A stretch of 64,000 nucleotides of DNA from Salinivirgaceae bacterium (GTDB lineage: Bacteria; Bacteroidota; Bacteroidia; Bacteroidales; SZUA-534), in assembly GCA_017645945.1 (NCBI GenBank), contig JAGCNL010000034.1:1503-65502 (forward strand), written 5' to 3'. Below are positions 17,415 through 27,869 of the stretch, piece by piece. The position numbers and the translations under genes were made by a program. Each line of letters opens with the position of its first letter. Position 1 is the first letter of the stretch. Under the pieces are notes generated by a model. It did no database searches. It had not been told where the DNA came from and worked only from the letters and a program-made list of their open reading frames with translations.

Positions 17415-17612
17415 CTATCTGTCAGCGTTTTTCCTCTGGTTGCGTCTCAATAGAAAAAAGAGCGTGGCCAAAACCGCCAGCGCCGCAAACATCAACGCCT
17501 CCGAATAGTTGTGCCGCAAGCACTCTTTGACCGTGATAAACACACACACAAGAGCTGCGGCGAACCAAATACTCTCGACAATCGCTCTCGATACTTGCGT
17601 TATCTTATTCAT
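17415..17612 (-). CDS. small hypothetical membrane protein
   Basis: About 65 aa with two hydrophobic segments. The ATG at 17612 overlaps the upstream stop by 8 nt. No family recognised. Confidence 0.3.
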   Translation of the reverse strand: MNKITQVSRAIVESIWFAAALVCVFITVKECLRHNYSEALMFAALAVLATLFFLLRRNQRKNADR

Positions 17613-18165
17613 CTTCAATGTCGAAAATGCCTCGGCCGTTCTTCACTTCCCAATTGTTGAAATTCTCGTCCGATATCATGCCGTCGCCATATATCACGCC
17701 ATCGGCAGTGGTGATTTTCACAAACTGGTTGGTCTCGATTGTGCCCTTGTCGCGGCTCCAGACAAGATATTCAGTGTTCAGGCAGTCGCCCTTGCTATTG
17801 TTCACCACAACGTTGTTTTTAGCCTCCCATGAACCTTCCTTGTCGTTATAGATGGAATAATCGGCCGACATGTGCGATGTCACCGCGCCCGAAGTGTCGT
17901 AGGAGAACATCTCAATGCCTTTAGGGAATTCAAACGTGTTATTGGTAACCGACAACTGACGAACAACTTTGCCCTTCATGGTAATAGCCCGCTTTCCTTT
18001 AAGCGAGCGGGTTATCTCAACATCAACACCGCTTATCTGAGCCGAATCGTTAAGGTCGCCCAAGGCGTTGACCTGCCGCATATCGTTCTGACAGTCAGTT
18101 AAAATAAAAATTAAGGCTCCCGCAAAAAGAGCCTTAATCAATATCATATGTGGTTTCTTAAACAT
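17605..18165 (-). CDS. LptC/OstA-like periplasmic lipoprotein
   Basis: Lipobox-like ILTDC after a signal peptide, and a beta-rich sequence. Size and context resemble Bacteroidetes LptC. The track start (18219) is TTG; the ATG at 18165 avoids overlap with the upstream gene. Confidence 0.45.
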   Translation of the reverse strand: MFKKPHMILIKALFAGALIFILTDCQNDMRQVNALGDLNDSAQISGVDVEITRSLKGKRAITMKGKVVRQLSVTNNTFEFPKGIEMFSYDTSGAVTSHMSADYSIYNDKEGSWEAKNNVVVNNSKGDCLNTEYLVWSRDKGTIETNQFVKITTADGVIYGDGMISDENFNNWEVKNGRGIFDIEDE

Positions 18166-18178
18166 CAAGAAAGATGAA

Positions 18179-19570
18179 TTAGAAACGTGCGGTTGTCTTC
18201 TCATTGATCCAGCCGCCAACTGTTACCGATGCACCTTCCTGAATGCCGTACATAAAGGCCTCCTCCTTGTTGGGGAAGTACTTTTTGTAGGTGCTGATGT
18301 GACGGTTGGCCTCCTCCTCGCACGACGAGTCAACTTGTTTGGCTTTCGTAAACTTATCGACAGCGGCCCAGTATGCCGCATCATGTTCAACCTTCTCACT
18401 GCCAATGTTTTGCGCGTCGGAAGCATAAGCCAGACCAATAACTATGTAAGCCTTGCCCATTGACGGATTGGCTTTTAATGCGTTGTTGGCCAGCTCGCGA
18501 ACTTTAGGATAGTTCTTCACCTCGCCAAGCACAATGTATGCCGATTCAACATAATACTGTGACTTAAGCTCCGGATCATCCTGCAATTCACATGCTTTCG
18601 AGTAGTATTCCAAACTTTTTGATATTTCCTTTTTGTTGTAGAACAGTCTGGCAAGGTTGCGGGCTGCAACTGCCGATGGCTCCAAAGCGTAGAGCGCCTC
18701 CGACGATTTGGCGAACAGAGCCGACGAGTTGCATTCAGCCTTGTCGAGCAGTTTGGTAACCTTCTTCAGCCATTCAACATCGTCTTTGTTGGCATCGTAT
18801 TTTGCATCGAAAATAGCAATCAAAGCATCGCAAGTGGCGGCACCGCTTTCAGAGAACAAAGCCTCAACGTTTTTAATGTCAACATCAAGATTCTCAAGTT
18901 CTTTTTGTGCGGCAGGAACCTTCTTGGCATCACCGCCAGCCACAATCTGCTTGTTGCTTGCAATGGCCAAATCAATAGTTGCCATGGCCAACTCATAAGC
19001 CGAAATCACCTCGGCGCCATCAACCTCCTCGGCACGGTATTGGTCAACTGCACTCTGCATCATCACTGTTGTAACGCCTGCGCCAGTCTCGCCCTTCTCA
19101 AGCTCGCACGATTTCTTCAGCATCTCGTAAACATCAGCGGCTGCTTCTTTGCCACGGTAAGAGTACAAATCAACACCCTTTGAAGCCAACACTGCGCCTT
19201 CCTGTTTGAAGTAAACAATGCGCTGGTCGTAAATCATCATCAGTGTATCGATGAGAGCCTCTTTTTTGGCATTGTCAGTTTCGGCCTTGATAAGGTTTTT
19301 GTAGATGGTGGCGCCGCGGATGAATGTGTTCTTGCTGGCTGCCGGGCAGTTCTGGTAAACCTTGCGCCAGTCGTTGACGGCATCTTTGTAGTTTTTCTGT
19401 TTGTAGAACTCGTTGTAGAGCGACATACGCATTGCGCATTCCTCGCGAGCCGCACTATCAGGCCCGTATTTCGGGTCTCCAAGGTACTTTTTTTGTTGTG
19501 CATCAGTCTGGCCAGCCGCCATCATGAGCGACACTGCCAGTATTCCAAATTTGAAAGCAAACGTTTTCAT
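18179..19570 (-). CDS. secreted TPR-repeat protein
   Basis: Signal peptide followed by all-helical repeats with TPR-like A/Y/L spacing (e.g. KSLEYYSKACEL, GKAYIVIGLAYA). Confidence 0.5.
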   Translation of the reverse strand: MKTFAFKFGILAVSLMMAAGQTDAQQKKYLGDPKYGPDSAAREECAMRMSLYNEFYKQKNYKDAVNDWRKVYQNCPAASKNTFIRGATIYKNLIKAETDNAKKEALIDTLMMIYDQRIVYFKQEGAVLASKGVDLYSYRGKEAAADVYEMLKKSCELEKGETGAGVTTVMMQSAVDQYRAEEVDGAEVISAYELAMATIDLAIASNKQIVAGGDAKKVPAAQKELENLDVDIKNVEALFSESGAATCDALIAIFDAKYDANKDDVEWLKKVTKLLDKAECNSSALFAKSSEALYALEPSAVAARNLARLFYNKKEISKSLEYYSKACELQDDPELKSQYYVESAYIVLGEVKNYPKVRELANNALKANPSMGKAYIVIGLAYASDAQNIGSEKVEHDAAYWAAVDKFTKAKQVDSSCEEEANRHISTYKKYFPNKEEAFMYGIQEGASVTVGGWINEKTTARF

Positions 19571-19815
19571 TTTTTATGTTTTAAAATTCTGCGCCAAAAG
19601 TAATAAATCTTTGTTAGGTACGCCCAATCTTGAAAAAGTTTCTGTTTTTTCAAAGATTGTGAATTTTTACAAATATCTGATTAGCAATGGTTTGTGTTTT
19701 GGGTGAAAACAAGGCTATTTTCTTCAATTATACCACGTTCACCAATGAAATATCACTGCCGATGGGTAATTATAGCTCATCTGTCCAAACTTTGTTTACA
19801 TTTGCGCCCGAATCA

Positions 19816-19887
19816 GGTCTCATAGTTCAATGGATAGAATTTCAGATTCCGGTTCTGACGATTAGGGTTCGACTCCCTATGAGATCA
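19816..19887 (+). tRNA. tRNA-Arg (anticodon CCG)
   Basis: Folded by hand. Acceptor GGTCTCA/TGAGATC (one G-U), D arm GTTC-AATGGATA-GAAT, anticodon arm TCAGA-TTCCGGT-TCTGA, T arm TAGGG-TTCGACT-CCCTA, discriminator A. No encoded CCA. Confidence 0.9.
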
Positions 19888-19897
19888 CTCAAATGAA

Positions 19898-19932
19898 AAA
19901 TCCTCGAAAACCATGGCAGTTTTCGAGGATTT
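19898..19932. terminator. strong bidirectional terminator
   Basis: Perfect 14-bp stem AAATCCTCGAAAAC-CATGGCA-GTTTTCGAGGATTT with T runs on both strands. It lies between the tRNA and the end of the polysaccharide locus. Confidence 0.75.
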
Positions 19933-19953
19933 CTTTGTTGGTGAACAACGCTT

Positions 19954-20799
19954 TCACAACTTCACTACCGGTGCTTGCGACCAATCAATCTGCTGCTCGG
20001 CGGTGGCTACATCGGTGAATGGAAAATCGGTAAGCCAGCGGCGCAACTTGGCCTCGGCGCCCTTCAACCCAACATACGACTTAAACTTGCGCTTGAGCGG
20101 CAGACCGCTGAGAAATGGCTGCCCGGCATCTAAATCGCGCGGATGAATGTAGGACATCAGATAATCCTGACCGCTGCTCCACCGCTTGATGAGCGAATAA
20201 GGAAACAGCCGGAAATAACCGCCGCCGGTGAAGATAATATGGCGGCCGGCAATGATTTTTGTTGTGATAGGAAACTCTTTGATTGTGATGCCGTTACGAC
20301 TGATAATGCTCGGCACAGGGCGGCTGTAAGTTGGCATTCCGCCGTGGCCGTGATGGGCGGGGAAAACAGAGCAATCGGTGGTGATGCCCAACTCCGCCAA
20401 AGTCTCGAACGCCCATCCCTCGCTCTCGCGGATTGAGAAGCCAGGCACCCGGAACGATGTTACCTTCTTGCCCGTCAAATCTTCGAGAAACTTCACGCTC
20501 GACTCCACATCCTCGCGGAACTCGGCCGGTGTCTGCTCCCAAATTAGTTGGTGGTTCATTGTGTGGCTGCCAATCTGATATTTTTCGGCTATCCGGCGAA
20601 CTAAATCGGGGTAATTCTTTGCTATCCAGCCCACCACAAAAAAAGTGGCGCGCGAGTTTGTGTCTTCAAGTATGCGGAAAAGCCGCTCCACATTCTCGTA
20701 AATGCGAACTTCGTATGTCCGCCACTGCTCCTCGTTGCGAGTCTCCTCAAAATCAAGGATATGGAACCACTCTTCGATATCAAAGGTTAGGATGTTCAT
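19954..20799 (-). CDS. polysaccharide deacetylase family protein (DUF3473-type)
   Basis: The N-terminus [15 protein letters not shown] and motifs FFVVGW and HTMNH are typical of this deacetylase subfamily. Confidence 0.8.
   Translation of the reverse strand: MNILTFDIEEWFHILDFEETRNEEQWRTYEVRIYENVERLFRILEDTNSRATFFVVGWIAKNYPDLVRRIAEKYQIGSHTMNHQLIWEQTPAEFREDVESSVKFLEDLTGKKVTSFRVPGFSIRESEGWAFETLAELGITTDCSVFPAHHGHGGMPTYSRPVPSIISRNGITIKEFPITTKIIAGRHIIFTGGGYFRLFPYSLIKRWSSGQDYLMSYIHPRDLDAGQPFLSGLPLKRKFKSYVGLKGAEAKLRRWLTDFPFTDVATAEQQIDWSQAPVVKL
20720..20799. repeat. 80-bp direct repeat, copy A (functional 5' end of the deacetylase gene)
   Basis: Matches 22261-22340 at 76 of 80 positions, aligned by hand. 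Confidence 0.9.
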
Positions 20800-20811
20800 A
20801 ATATTAGTTTC

Positions 20812-22170
20812 TTACATATCTTCCATTGACAATCCTATCATCTTTACTTCTTGATTACGAAAAAGATGCCGTTGCATTATCTCAACTTTTTCTTTTAATC
20901 TCGACGGATTATATTTTTGTGGATTTCGTTTCACTTCATACGCTTCCGCCTCACCATCAATAGTTTCTGCCACAATGTCAATTTCAAAATCGTCTTTGTT
21001 TCCTTTTGCGTTTACTTCGCCACCGCACCACCAACTGCCAATTGTTTTATAACGATGCGATTCAATCATTTTTTGCTTAAACCAACGCTCGAGACTAATA
21101 CCAGAAAATGTCGGATAGTCGCTTAATATAATTTGTTCCAATGCGGGGAAATTTCCTATTTCAATCAACTGCGCGTAACGATTTATATAACGGAACCAAA
21201 ATCGGAAAAAATTATCTTGTATTTCGTATCTCACCGTCTGGCTTCCGCTTTTTGCCCCTATTGGCCGTTTTTTGCGTATGATACCATATTTTTCTTCAAG
21301 CATTTTTAAATGCCCTCCCAAAACATTAACACCAAGCGACACTTCAATTTCCTTCTGTGTCACCTCGCCGCTTGCTATCTGGTCCAAGATGCTAAAATAA
21401 GTTCCGTAATGCTTCCCAAACTCTTGAATGTGAACAGAACGGCCCTCGTCGATAAAAAAGCTATTCCCTGCTGAACATACGTAATGAACCATCGCTTCGA
21501 CATTTGTACAATTGTTGTTCATCAGTTGTTCTATGTAACGGGCAACCCCGCCTGTTATAGTCCATAGCGCCAACAAATCGTCGTTTGTATAATCGGGCTT
21601 GTAATCGCTTAATATTTCCCGCATTGTAGAAGTTGTGAATGGCTGCAAACGCAAGGTGCAATCGTCGCGGCCAAAAAGCGGTTGTCCCTCGTCTTTAAAA
21701 ATCTTTTCCATCAGGCGGAAAATACTACCCGACACAATCAGGCATACGTTTGTCTCATTCTTATATTTATCCCAAAGTTCCTGTATGTCGCTGAATACGC
21801 CCGCGTTTACATTATCAAACTCTTGAAATTCATCGATAAACAATGTGAATTTTCGCCGTTTTCCTATCTCCAATAAAAGCTGCATCAATTCTCTGAAGGT
21901 CACAATGCTTTCGGGTACAAATTCTTGTAATTTGTTTCTGACTTCATCGCAGAATGTTCTTACTAACGCTGTTTCTGTTTTCCGCCCGACAAAAAAATAC
22001 AACCCTGGCGCATTATCTTTTGTTTCCTCCATCAAGCGATAAACCAAGCTTGTTTTGCCCACACGTCTTCTTCCTGTGAGAACCACAAATCGGGAATAAT
22101 CTTCATACGATTGTTGCTGCATGTCGCGCAACTGACGAATTTCAGCATCCCTGTTGTAAAATCTCTTCAT
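20812..22170 (-). CDS. AAA ATPase (Arch_ATPase-like) with DUF234-type C-terminal PD-(D/E)xK-like domain
   Basis: Walker A GRRRVGKTSL, Walker B LFIDEFQ, and C-terminal FEIDIVAE...AYEVKR. It is the sole gene of a 1.46 kb insert flanked by the 80-bp repeat. Confidence 0.8.
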   Translation of the reverse strand: MKRFYNRDAEIRQLRDMQQQSYEDYSRFVVLTGRRRVGKTSLVYRLMEETKDNAPGLYFFVGRKTETALVRTFCDEVRNKLQEFVPESIVTFRELMQLLLEIGKRRKFTLFIDEFQEFDNVNAGVFSDIQELWDKYKNETNVCLIVSGSIFRLMEKIFKDEGQPLFGRDDCTLRLQPFTTSTMREILSDYKPDYTNDDLLALWTITGGVARYIEQLMNNNCTNVEAMVHYVCSAGNSFFIDEGRSVHIQEFGKHYGTYFSILDQIASGEVTQKEIEVSLGVNVLGGHLKMLEEKYGIIRKKRPIGAKSGSQTVRYEIQDNFFRFWFRYINRYAQLIEIGNFPALEQIILSDYPTFSGISLERWFKQKMIESHRYKTIGSWWCGGEVNAKGNKDDFEIDIVAETIDGEAEAYEVKRNPQKYNPSRLKEKVEIMQRHLFRNQEVKMIGLSMEDM

Positions 22171-22247
22171 ATATATCGAAATTTTATAACCATGAATTTT
22201 ACCGCCATAAAATTATAAAAAAATTATTTTCAATATTTTGAAACTTT

Positions 22248-22340
22248 TTATGGAATACCGCGCCACTGCTCCTCGCTGCGTGTCTCCTCAAAATCAAGGA
22301 TATGGAACCACTCTTCAATGTCAAAGGTTAGGATGTTCAT
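22248..22340 (-). pseudogene. orphan 5' fragment of the deacetylase gene (repeat copy B)
   Basis: Translates to [30 protein letters not shown], a duplicate of the first 27 codons of 19954-20799. Its ATG directly abuts the formyltransferase stop. Confidence 0.8.
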
Positions 22341-23126
22341 TTACACAAGACGCTTCCCTTTTTTGCGGAACATTTTTGCCTGTTCTATTGTTGGCCAATT
22401 AAAATACGACCCTTCTTCCGTATTGTTAGGAATAGCCGACACATCGCCTGTCGAGATCTTTTTAATGGCCTCAACCATCAGTTCGCCACCTTTTTCTTTC
22501 GTACGATTAATGACATCATACATTGCTTTGCAATCGGAAATATCTACAGGACCTTGAACTATAATGTCTCCATCATCAATAGCCGCACTCATATAATGCA
22601 CGGTGGCTCCAGCCGTTTTTTCATTATTAAACAAGTGCCAGAAAGATGGTAGTGCACCTCGGTAATTAGGAAGCATTGCCCCATGGACATTAATTATTCC
22701 GTACTTTGGTACGTTTAATAATTCTGGTTTAATAATCTGTGGCGCAGAAAAAGATATAATCAAATCAGGGTTTATTGTTTTAATATACTCCACAAAATCA
22801 GGGGCATTCACATTATTTATAACTTGATAACTAGCGCCAATTTTAATCGCGGCACGTTTTATAGATTTTGTTCCTCCAAAAAGACGATAGCCAGAGATAA
22901 TATCCAAAACATCCTCAACAACACTAAATCCTTGAACTATTCCCATTTTTGCGCATTGCCAAAAACCGAACATCTTTACCATCTCGCTTTTTTTACTGGC
23001 AAATGAATATTTGCTCTCAATATTTACCACTTCTACAATGTTGCAGACTTTTGACGCTTTAATAATATTCGTAGGAATGAAAAATCTGTCTTGCTGCGTG
23101 AAAACGACAACTTTTAAATGTTCCAT
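22341..23126 (-). CDS. formyltransferase family protein (sugar N-formyltransferase-like)
   Basis: Formyl_trans_N-like core (IISFSAPQIIKPELL, INVHGAMLPNYRGALP). Confidence 0.7.
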   Translation of the reverse strand: MEHLKVVVFTQQDRFFIPTNIIKASKVCNIVEVVNIESKYSFASKKSEMVKMFGFWQCAKMGIVQGFSVVEDVLDIISGYRLFGGTKSIKRAAIKIGASYQVINNVNAPDFVEYIKTINPDLIISFSAPQIIKPELLNVPKYGIINVHGAMLPNYRGALPSFWHLFNNEKTAGATVHYMSAAIDDGDIIVQGPVDISDCKAMYDVINRTKEKGGELMVEAIKKISTGDVSAIPNNTEEGSYFNWPTIEQAKMFRKKGKRLV

Positions 23127-23130
23127 AAGT

Positions 23131-23877
23131 CTATTTCTGTTTCTTTTTTAATTTCCTCTTTTTACGAAGTTCTTCCATAAACAATATTGGATATGCCTTC
23201 ATTGCCAGTCGAATCCGTCCGAACTGTTTCTTTGGCTCATGAATAATTCTGTCTACCCAAATGAATCGCAATGCTCCAATATGAAATTTAGGCTGACGGA
23301 TTTCTCCCACGTAGAAATTAAATGCCGCACCAATACCAAACATCAACCCTTTATCCAAGTATGGCAAGAGTCTGCTCATGAATCTTTCTTGTTTAGGCGC
23401 CCCAAGAGACACCCAGATAACATTAGGATTCATTTCTTTAATTTGCTCTGCGATAGTCGGATAATCAAATTCATCCACACTTGCAAATGGTACAGGCATA
23501 TACATCAAATGCGAAGAATCTATGCCTCTGTTTTTAAGTTCATTCTTTATCTTATTGTATGTTTCTTCAGTATTGCCGAGAAGTAATTGTTTAATGTCCT
23601 TTTTTTCTACCAGGCTCTCAAATATTTGCGGACCCGTATATACCCTATAATTTGTTCTATATATAATATTCGCCATTGCAGCAATAGTACTGCCGTCACA
23701 AACATTCAAATATGAATTGTAAACAATTTTCCGGTATTCCGGGTCTTGCTGTGTCATGGTTAACACGTTGAAATCTACCACGCAAACATATCCTTTCCCA
23801 TTTTCCTCAATGCATTTGTCAATGTTTGCTCGACACGCATCACTGTCAAACTCTATTTTAATGTTAAATATATCCAT
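23131..23877 (-). CDS. WecB/TagA/CpsF-family glycosyltransferase (WecG-like)
   Basis: Family blocks CDGSTI, LLGNTEE, IWVSLGAPKQERF and GIGAAFNF. Confidence 0.8.
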   Translation of the reverse strand: MDIFNIKIEFDSDACRANIDKCIEENGKGYVCVVDFNVLTMTQQDPEYRKIVYNSYLNVCDGSTIAAMANIIYRTNYRVYTGPQIFESLVEKKDIKQLLLGNTEETYNKIKNELKNRGIDSSHLMYMPVPFASVDEFDYPTIAEQIKEMNPNVIWVSLGAPKQERFMSRLLPYLDKGLMFGIGAAFNFYVGEIRQPKFHIGALRFIWVDRIIHEPKKQFGRIRLAMKAYPILFMEELRKKRKLKKKQK

Positions 23878-23938
23878 AATTGTTGTTTACTCTCTGATAG
23901 TGATGTGAACCTTGGTTCGTTTTCTCTCATAAAGACAC

Positions 23939-25171
23939 TTATTTCACACGCTCATATATTCCAATCATATCCTGCACTTTTCTTTCCCATGACAATTCTT
24001 TTTTCCGTTTCTCACACCCTGCAGATAGTTTGGAAAGCAAATCCCTATCTTCATAAAGATTTCTAATAACAGAAACGAACTGTTTTATTGAATCGTCTGG
24101 GGTGCTTAATGGTATTTTTATTCCCACCGACTCATTTACGGCTTCTGCCTGTCCGCACTCATTAAAACAGACTACAGGTAATCCATTAGCTATAGCTTCC
24201 AACACGACATGGGGCGTACCTTCCACCACACTAGGGAAGAAAAATATGTCTGATTGCCGCATCAAATCTTGCACATCTTCGTGTGTCACCCAACCATGCC
24301 ATTGACAAATGCCATCCAACCCCATCTTATGAGCTATCTGGTGATACTTTTCTGTTTCTTTTTCATCAAAAGCTTGTCCCACGATGTGAAATGTCAAGCC
24401 TCGCAACTCCCTTAATTTGCCGACTACATCCAAGGATAGTTTCAATAATTTAGTTGGAATAAACCGTCCAACCCATAATATATTAAACTCCTCTCCATTA
24501 TTAACTTTCTTTTGCACCATGCCTTCATCATTACTTCCCGTCTCATTAATCAAAATCACATTTTTGTTGGGGTGTAATTTTGATAACACTTTGAATGACG
24601 CTTTGTTTGCTGCAATAAGAACATTTGCTCGTTTTATTGCTTTTAGCACCCGTGGTTGGAAATGATATTGTAGCTTATTTATTAGATTTTTCAAATAATA
24701 TTTAATCCTAATTATTTTAGAAGCATTTCTCAAATATTGCATAGGAACCATATTCATTCCTCCGATTGGTCCCCATACATATGGAATATTTTTAATTTTC
24801 CACAAATAACCTGGTTCTCGAAAACCAATCATATTCAACTGGTGAATCAAATCAATATGGTGCTCTTGGACAATTGTTTGGGCAATTTTCAAGGTTTTCT
24901 TCTGCCATTTTGCATAATAAAAATAAAAACGATAATCACCTTGATTCCAACACATCCTCCTTATTTTTGTGGATACTGGATTATAATAAAAATGGATTTT
25001 AAATCCATTAGCAAGTCCTTTTAGATTCTTTTCTATTTCATCTTCCCATTCACCTTCGGTAATCACATATAATTCGTGGTACCTTGCAAGTCCCGTAATC
25101 CACTGCCATGCGGCACCACCCTCGCTGCCGCTATTAGGTCTAACTGCATATGCGTTTATTAGAATATTCAT
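23939..25171 (-). CDS. glycosyltransferase family 4 (GT-B)
   Basis: C-terminal GT1/GT4 signature (FFFPSVVEGTPHVVLEAIANGLPVV). Confidence 0.7.
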   Translation of the reverse strand: MNILINAYAVRPNSGSEGGAAWQWITGLARYHELYVITEGEWEDEIEKNLKGLANGFKIHFYYNPVSTKIRRMCWNQGDYRFYFYYAKWQKKTLKIAQTIVQEHHIDLIHQLNMIGFREPGYLWKIKNIPYVWGPIGGMNMVPMQYLRNASKIIRIKYYLKNLINKLQYHFQPRVLKAIKRANVLIAANKASFKVLSKLHPNKNVILINETGSNDEGMVQKKVNNGEEFNILWVGRFIPTKLLKLSLDVVGKLRELRGLTFHIVGQAFDEKETEKYHQIAHKMGLDGICQWHGWVTHEDVQDLMRQSDIFFFPSVVEGTPHVVLEAIANGLPVVCFNECGQAEAVNESVGIKIPLSTPDDSIKQFVSVIRNLYEDRDLLSKLSAGCEKRKKELSWERKVQDMIGIYERVK

Positions 25172-25188
25172 TGTTATTACATCTTATT

Positions 25189-26175
25189 CTATAAAACCTT
25201 TGCCATCATTTTACTTAACAATTGCGCCACATAATGTAGAATAAAAGCAAACAATACTGATATTATCACCATTGCCGCAAAATTAATAATATGGCAGTAT
25301 GACCAAGATGTAACCCTAATAATAGGACCGGCACAAAGTGTGTGGTGTATTAAATATATTTCCAAACTAATGCTGCTTAAAAATGCTACCCAATTATTGT
25401 GCTGTTTAGGCAAATAACGTAGTAAAAGTGCCAAAAGTGACAACCCACATATATCAGTCAACAAGAAATGCCATGCTCTGGATTGTTCAAATAATCCATT
25501 CAATTCAAACAATATGCATGCGGCATTAAAAACTATAATCGCCAAAGATTGCCACCATACTATTTCTTGAGTTTTTTTATAGAACCAATGGCTTTTTAAA
25601 AACATAAAACCAAAGAATCCCAAATGAATAAACGCTCCTCCTGGTACATGTAATCTCTCCCCTAAAAACATAAGAAACACCATTGTCGCAAGGAAAGTCC
25701 AAGCAAAGGACGATTTGTTGGGTCTAATCTTAATCAGAACAGCCATCTCCAAGTAACATGCCATAAGAACTGTTATAAACCATAAATGTCCATTCCCTGG
25801 TAACTTGCCGAAATAACCTAAAAATGCGAAGTTCAATCCAACATCTATCCATGAGAAATTCACCCCAAAGACAACAAACAATAGACATAAAAGGAACAAA
25901 AACGGATATAATGATGAACCAATTTTGATAATGCGCCTTTTGACAAACTTCACGAATTCAAATTGCGGTTCATTTGCAACAAGATAATTATCTGAATTAT
26001 ATTTATTCCCATACAACAAGGCTGATATTAGAAAAAATATCATAGTACCTGTGCCGCCAAGATAGCGCCCCAACCCACTATTAGCACCACTAAATAACAG
26101 ATAATGGCAAGTCAAAATCATTCCTATTGCAATTATTCTGACATAATCCAATGTGTACATTCTGCCTTCTGTCAT
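25189..26175 (-). CDS. membrane acyltransferase family 3 (O-acetyltransferase)
   Basis: About 10 TM helices. The N-terminal [14 protein letters not shown] motif is typical of Acyl_transf_3. Confidence 0.75.
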   Translation of the reverse strand: MTEGRMYTLDYVRIIAIGMILTCHYLLFSGANSGLGRYLGGTGTMIFFLISALLYGNKYNSDNYLVANEPQFEFVKFVKRRIIKIGSSLYPFLFLLCLLFVVFGVNFSWIDVGLNFAFLGYFGKLPGNGHLWFITVLMACYLEMAVLIKIRPNKSSFAWTFLATMVFLMFLGERLHVPGGAFIHLGFFGFMFLKSHWFYKKTQEIVWWQSLAIIVFNAACILFELNGLFEQSRAWHFLLTDICGLSLLALLLRYLPKQHNNWVAFLSSISLEIYLIHHTLCAGPIIRVTSWSYCHIINFAAMVIISVLFAFILHYVAQLLSKMMAKVL

Positions 26176-26753
26176 ATTGTATGCTTTTCCAAATATTGTA
26201 AATGTTGCGCCTTTTCTTCTTCTGACGCAAAACGTTGTTTGATTAATCGTGCAGGGTTCCCCCCCCAGATTTCACATGGCGGAATATCTTTTGTCACAAC
26301 AGAACCAGCAGCCACTATACTTCCTTTCCCTATAGTGACGCCAGACATAATAACACTATGAGTGCCTATCCAAACATCGTCATCGATAATAGTAAGTTCA
26401 TTATTTCCTCTCGGCCCATCCCAAATAGTTTTCATAGGATTGTTATATGTATGGTCTTGACGCCCAACAATGCTTACACTACCAGCAAGTAGAACATTGT
26501 TACCAAAATGGGTGGGTGTAGTTATATCACAATTTAACCCAAACTGCACGTTATTACCAATTTGGATATCTATACCTTTGGCAAAAGACACGCCGTGCAT
26601 CACCCTGACAAAACCTTTATACTTTACCCAAGGAAACTTTATGTGGAACTTATACCATGTCCGTAAATTGTTGACTATATGACGCATATTGGTCACACGT
26701 TTGCTATCTCCTATTCGAACGTTTGATTCTCCCATTATTATTTGATTATTCAT
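26172..26753 (-). CDS. hexapeptide-repeat (LbH) acetyltransferase
   Basis: LbH repeats (IGNNV.., [27 protein letters not shown]). The start at 26753 (ATGAATAA overlap with the upstream stop) is preferred over the track start 26840. Contains a G8 tract at 26259-26266. Confidence 0.7.
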   Translation of the reverse strand: MNNQIIMGESNVRIGDSKRVTNMRHIVNNLRTWYKFHIKFPWVKYKGFVRVMHGVSFAKGIDIQIGNNVQFGLNCDITTPTHFGNNVLLAGSVSIVGRQDHTYNNPMKTIWDGPRGNNELTIIDDDVWIGTHSVIMSGVTIGKGSIVAAGSVVTKDIPPCEIWGGNPARLIKQRFASEEEKAQHLQYLEKHTI

Positions 26754-27828
26754 TGCTTGACATCGCATAATTAATCGCCGCCAATGCTCCATTTGACATA
26801 AACTCGGGGGAACATTGCTCAATATAATATTCCCTTGCATTTATTGACATTACAGAATACTTTCTTTTATTCTCAGTTACATCGATTAAGATTTCTGTCA
26901 ATTCCTCTAAAGAATTATAAAATAGTCCATTATAGCCATGTTTAACATTGTCTCTCTCTCCTCCTGTAATGGCATCCGGCCTAGTCACAAAAGGGCATCC
27001 ATATCCTAAACTTTTAGGAACAGACAACCCCGCCTGCTTTGGGGATATACATAGTACTGCTTCAAGGAAATAATCCTTCAATACAATTTCATCATATATC
27101 GGGCCGCATAAGATTATTTTATTTTCAAGCCCGCTTTTCTTTATTTGTGCAACTATTTTCTCCTTCTCCGGCCCTTTCCCCACTATCTTCAAAACAGGCA
27201 AGTTTGGACATCTCTTAATAGCCATCCGATATGCATCAATAAGTTCTCCAAGGCCTTTCTGCGCATATAAGGTACCTACAAATAAGAAAGTACTGCGACT
27301 TTTGAAATCAGGTAACTCTTTGAATTCAGCGACAGCTACCGTGTTATGTGCTTCAAAATATTTTTGTTTGTTAATTTTTTTGTACTTCGTCCAATAATCA
27401 ATAGTTTCTTTCATATAAAAGATACAAGCATCAGCTCCATCTTGAATTATTTCAAAAATCCAATCCGTGAATGTCGGGCGTTTTGTTAAGTCAAACGGCG
27501 CATTATACGATACATGTTTACCAATAGACCATGTAACTAGTTTGAATTTTCTGGGCAACCATTGTAACATACACAACCTCACACTGCTCAAATGGGGTTG
27601 AGAAACAACCACATCGTACTGATTGAGTATCTTATACAAGTTCTTGTGGATAATGAGTTTCCCTAATTTAAAGTAAGGTAGTTGAATAATATTAAAACTC
27701 GTATCTTCTATATCATTTCTTGTAGTATATGCCAATGTCAAATCCACCTTTTCACGCATCAAACTATAGATTGGTGCACGATAATTCTGTAATAGTTCTT
27801 GTATGAGTAATACTTTAGGCTTATTCAT
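26746..27828 (-). CDS. glycosyltransferase family 4 (GT-B)
   Basis: GT-B architecture with a C-terminal signature ([21 protein letters not shown]). Confidence 0.65.
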   Translation of the reverse strand: MNKPKVLLIQELLQNYRAPIYSLMREKVDLTLAYTTRNDIEDTSFNIIQLPYFKLGKLIIHKNLYKILNQYDVVVSQPHLSSVRLCMLQWLPRKFKLVTWSIGKHVSYNAPFDLTKRPTFTDWIFEIIQDGADACIFYMKETIDYWTKYKKINKQKYFEAHNTVAVAEFKELPDFKSRSTFLFVGTLYAQKGLGELIDAYRMAIKRCPNLPVLKIVGKGPEKEKIVAQIKKSGLENKIILCGPIYDEIVLKDYFLEAVLCISPKQAGLSVPKSLGYGCPFVTRPDAITGGERDNVKHGYNGLFYNSLEELTEILIDVTENKRKYSVMSINAREYYIEQCSPEFMSNGALAAINYAMSSNE

Positions 27829-27869
27829 TAATTATATATTATGACGTCAGCAATTTGAAACCATGTCTT

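Noticed and set aside
19816-19932. tRNA-Arg as the attachment site of an integrative island comprising the polysaccharide locus.
   Set aside because: No integrase gene is present and I noticed no duplicated tRNA 3' end in the window. The first gene after the tRNA (the deacetylase) has host-like composition. Adjacency alone is not evidence.
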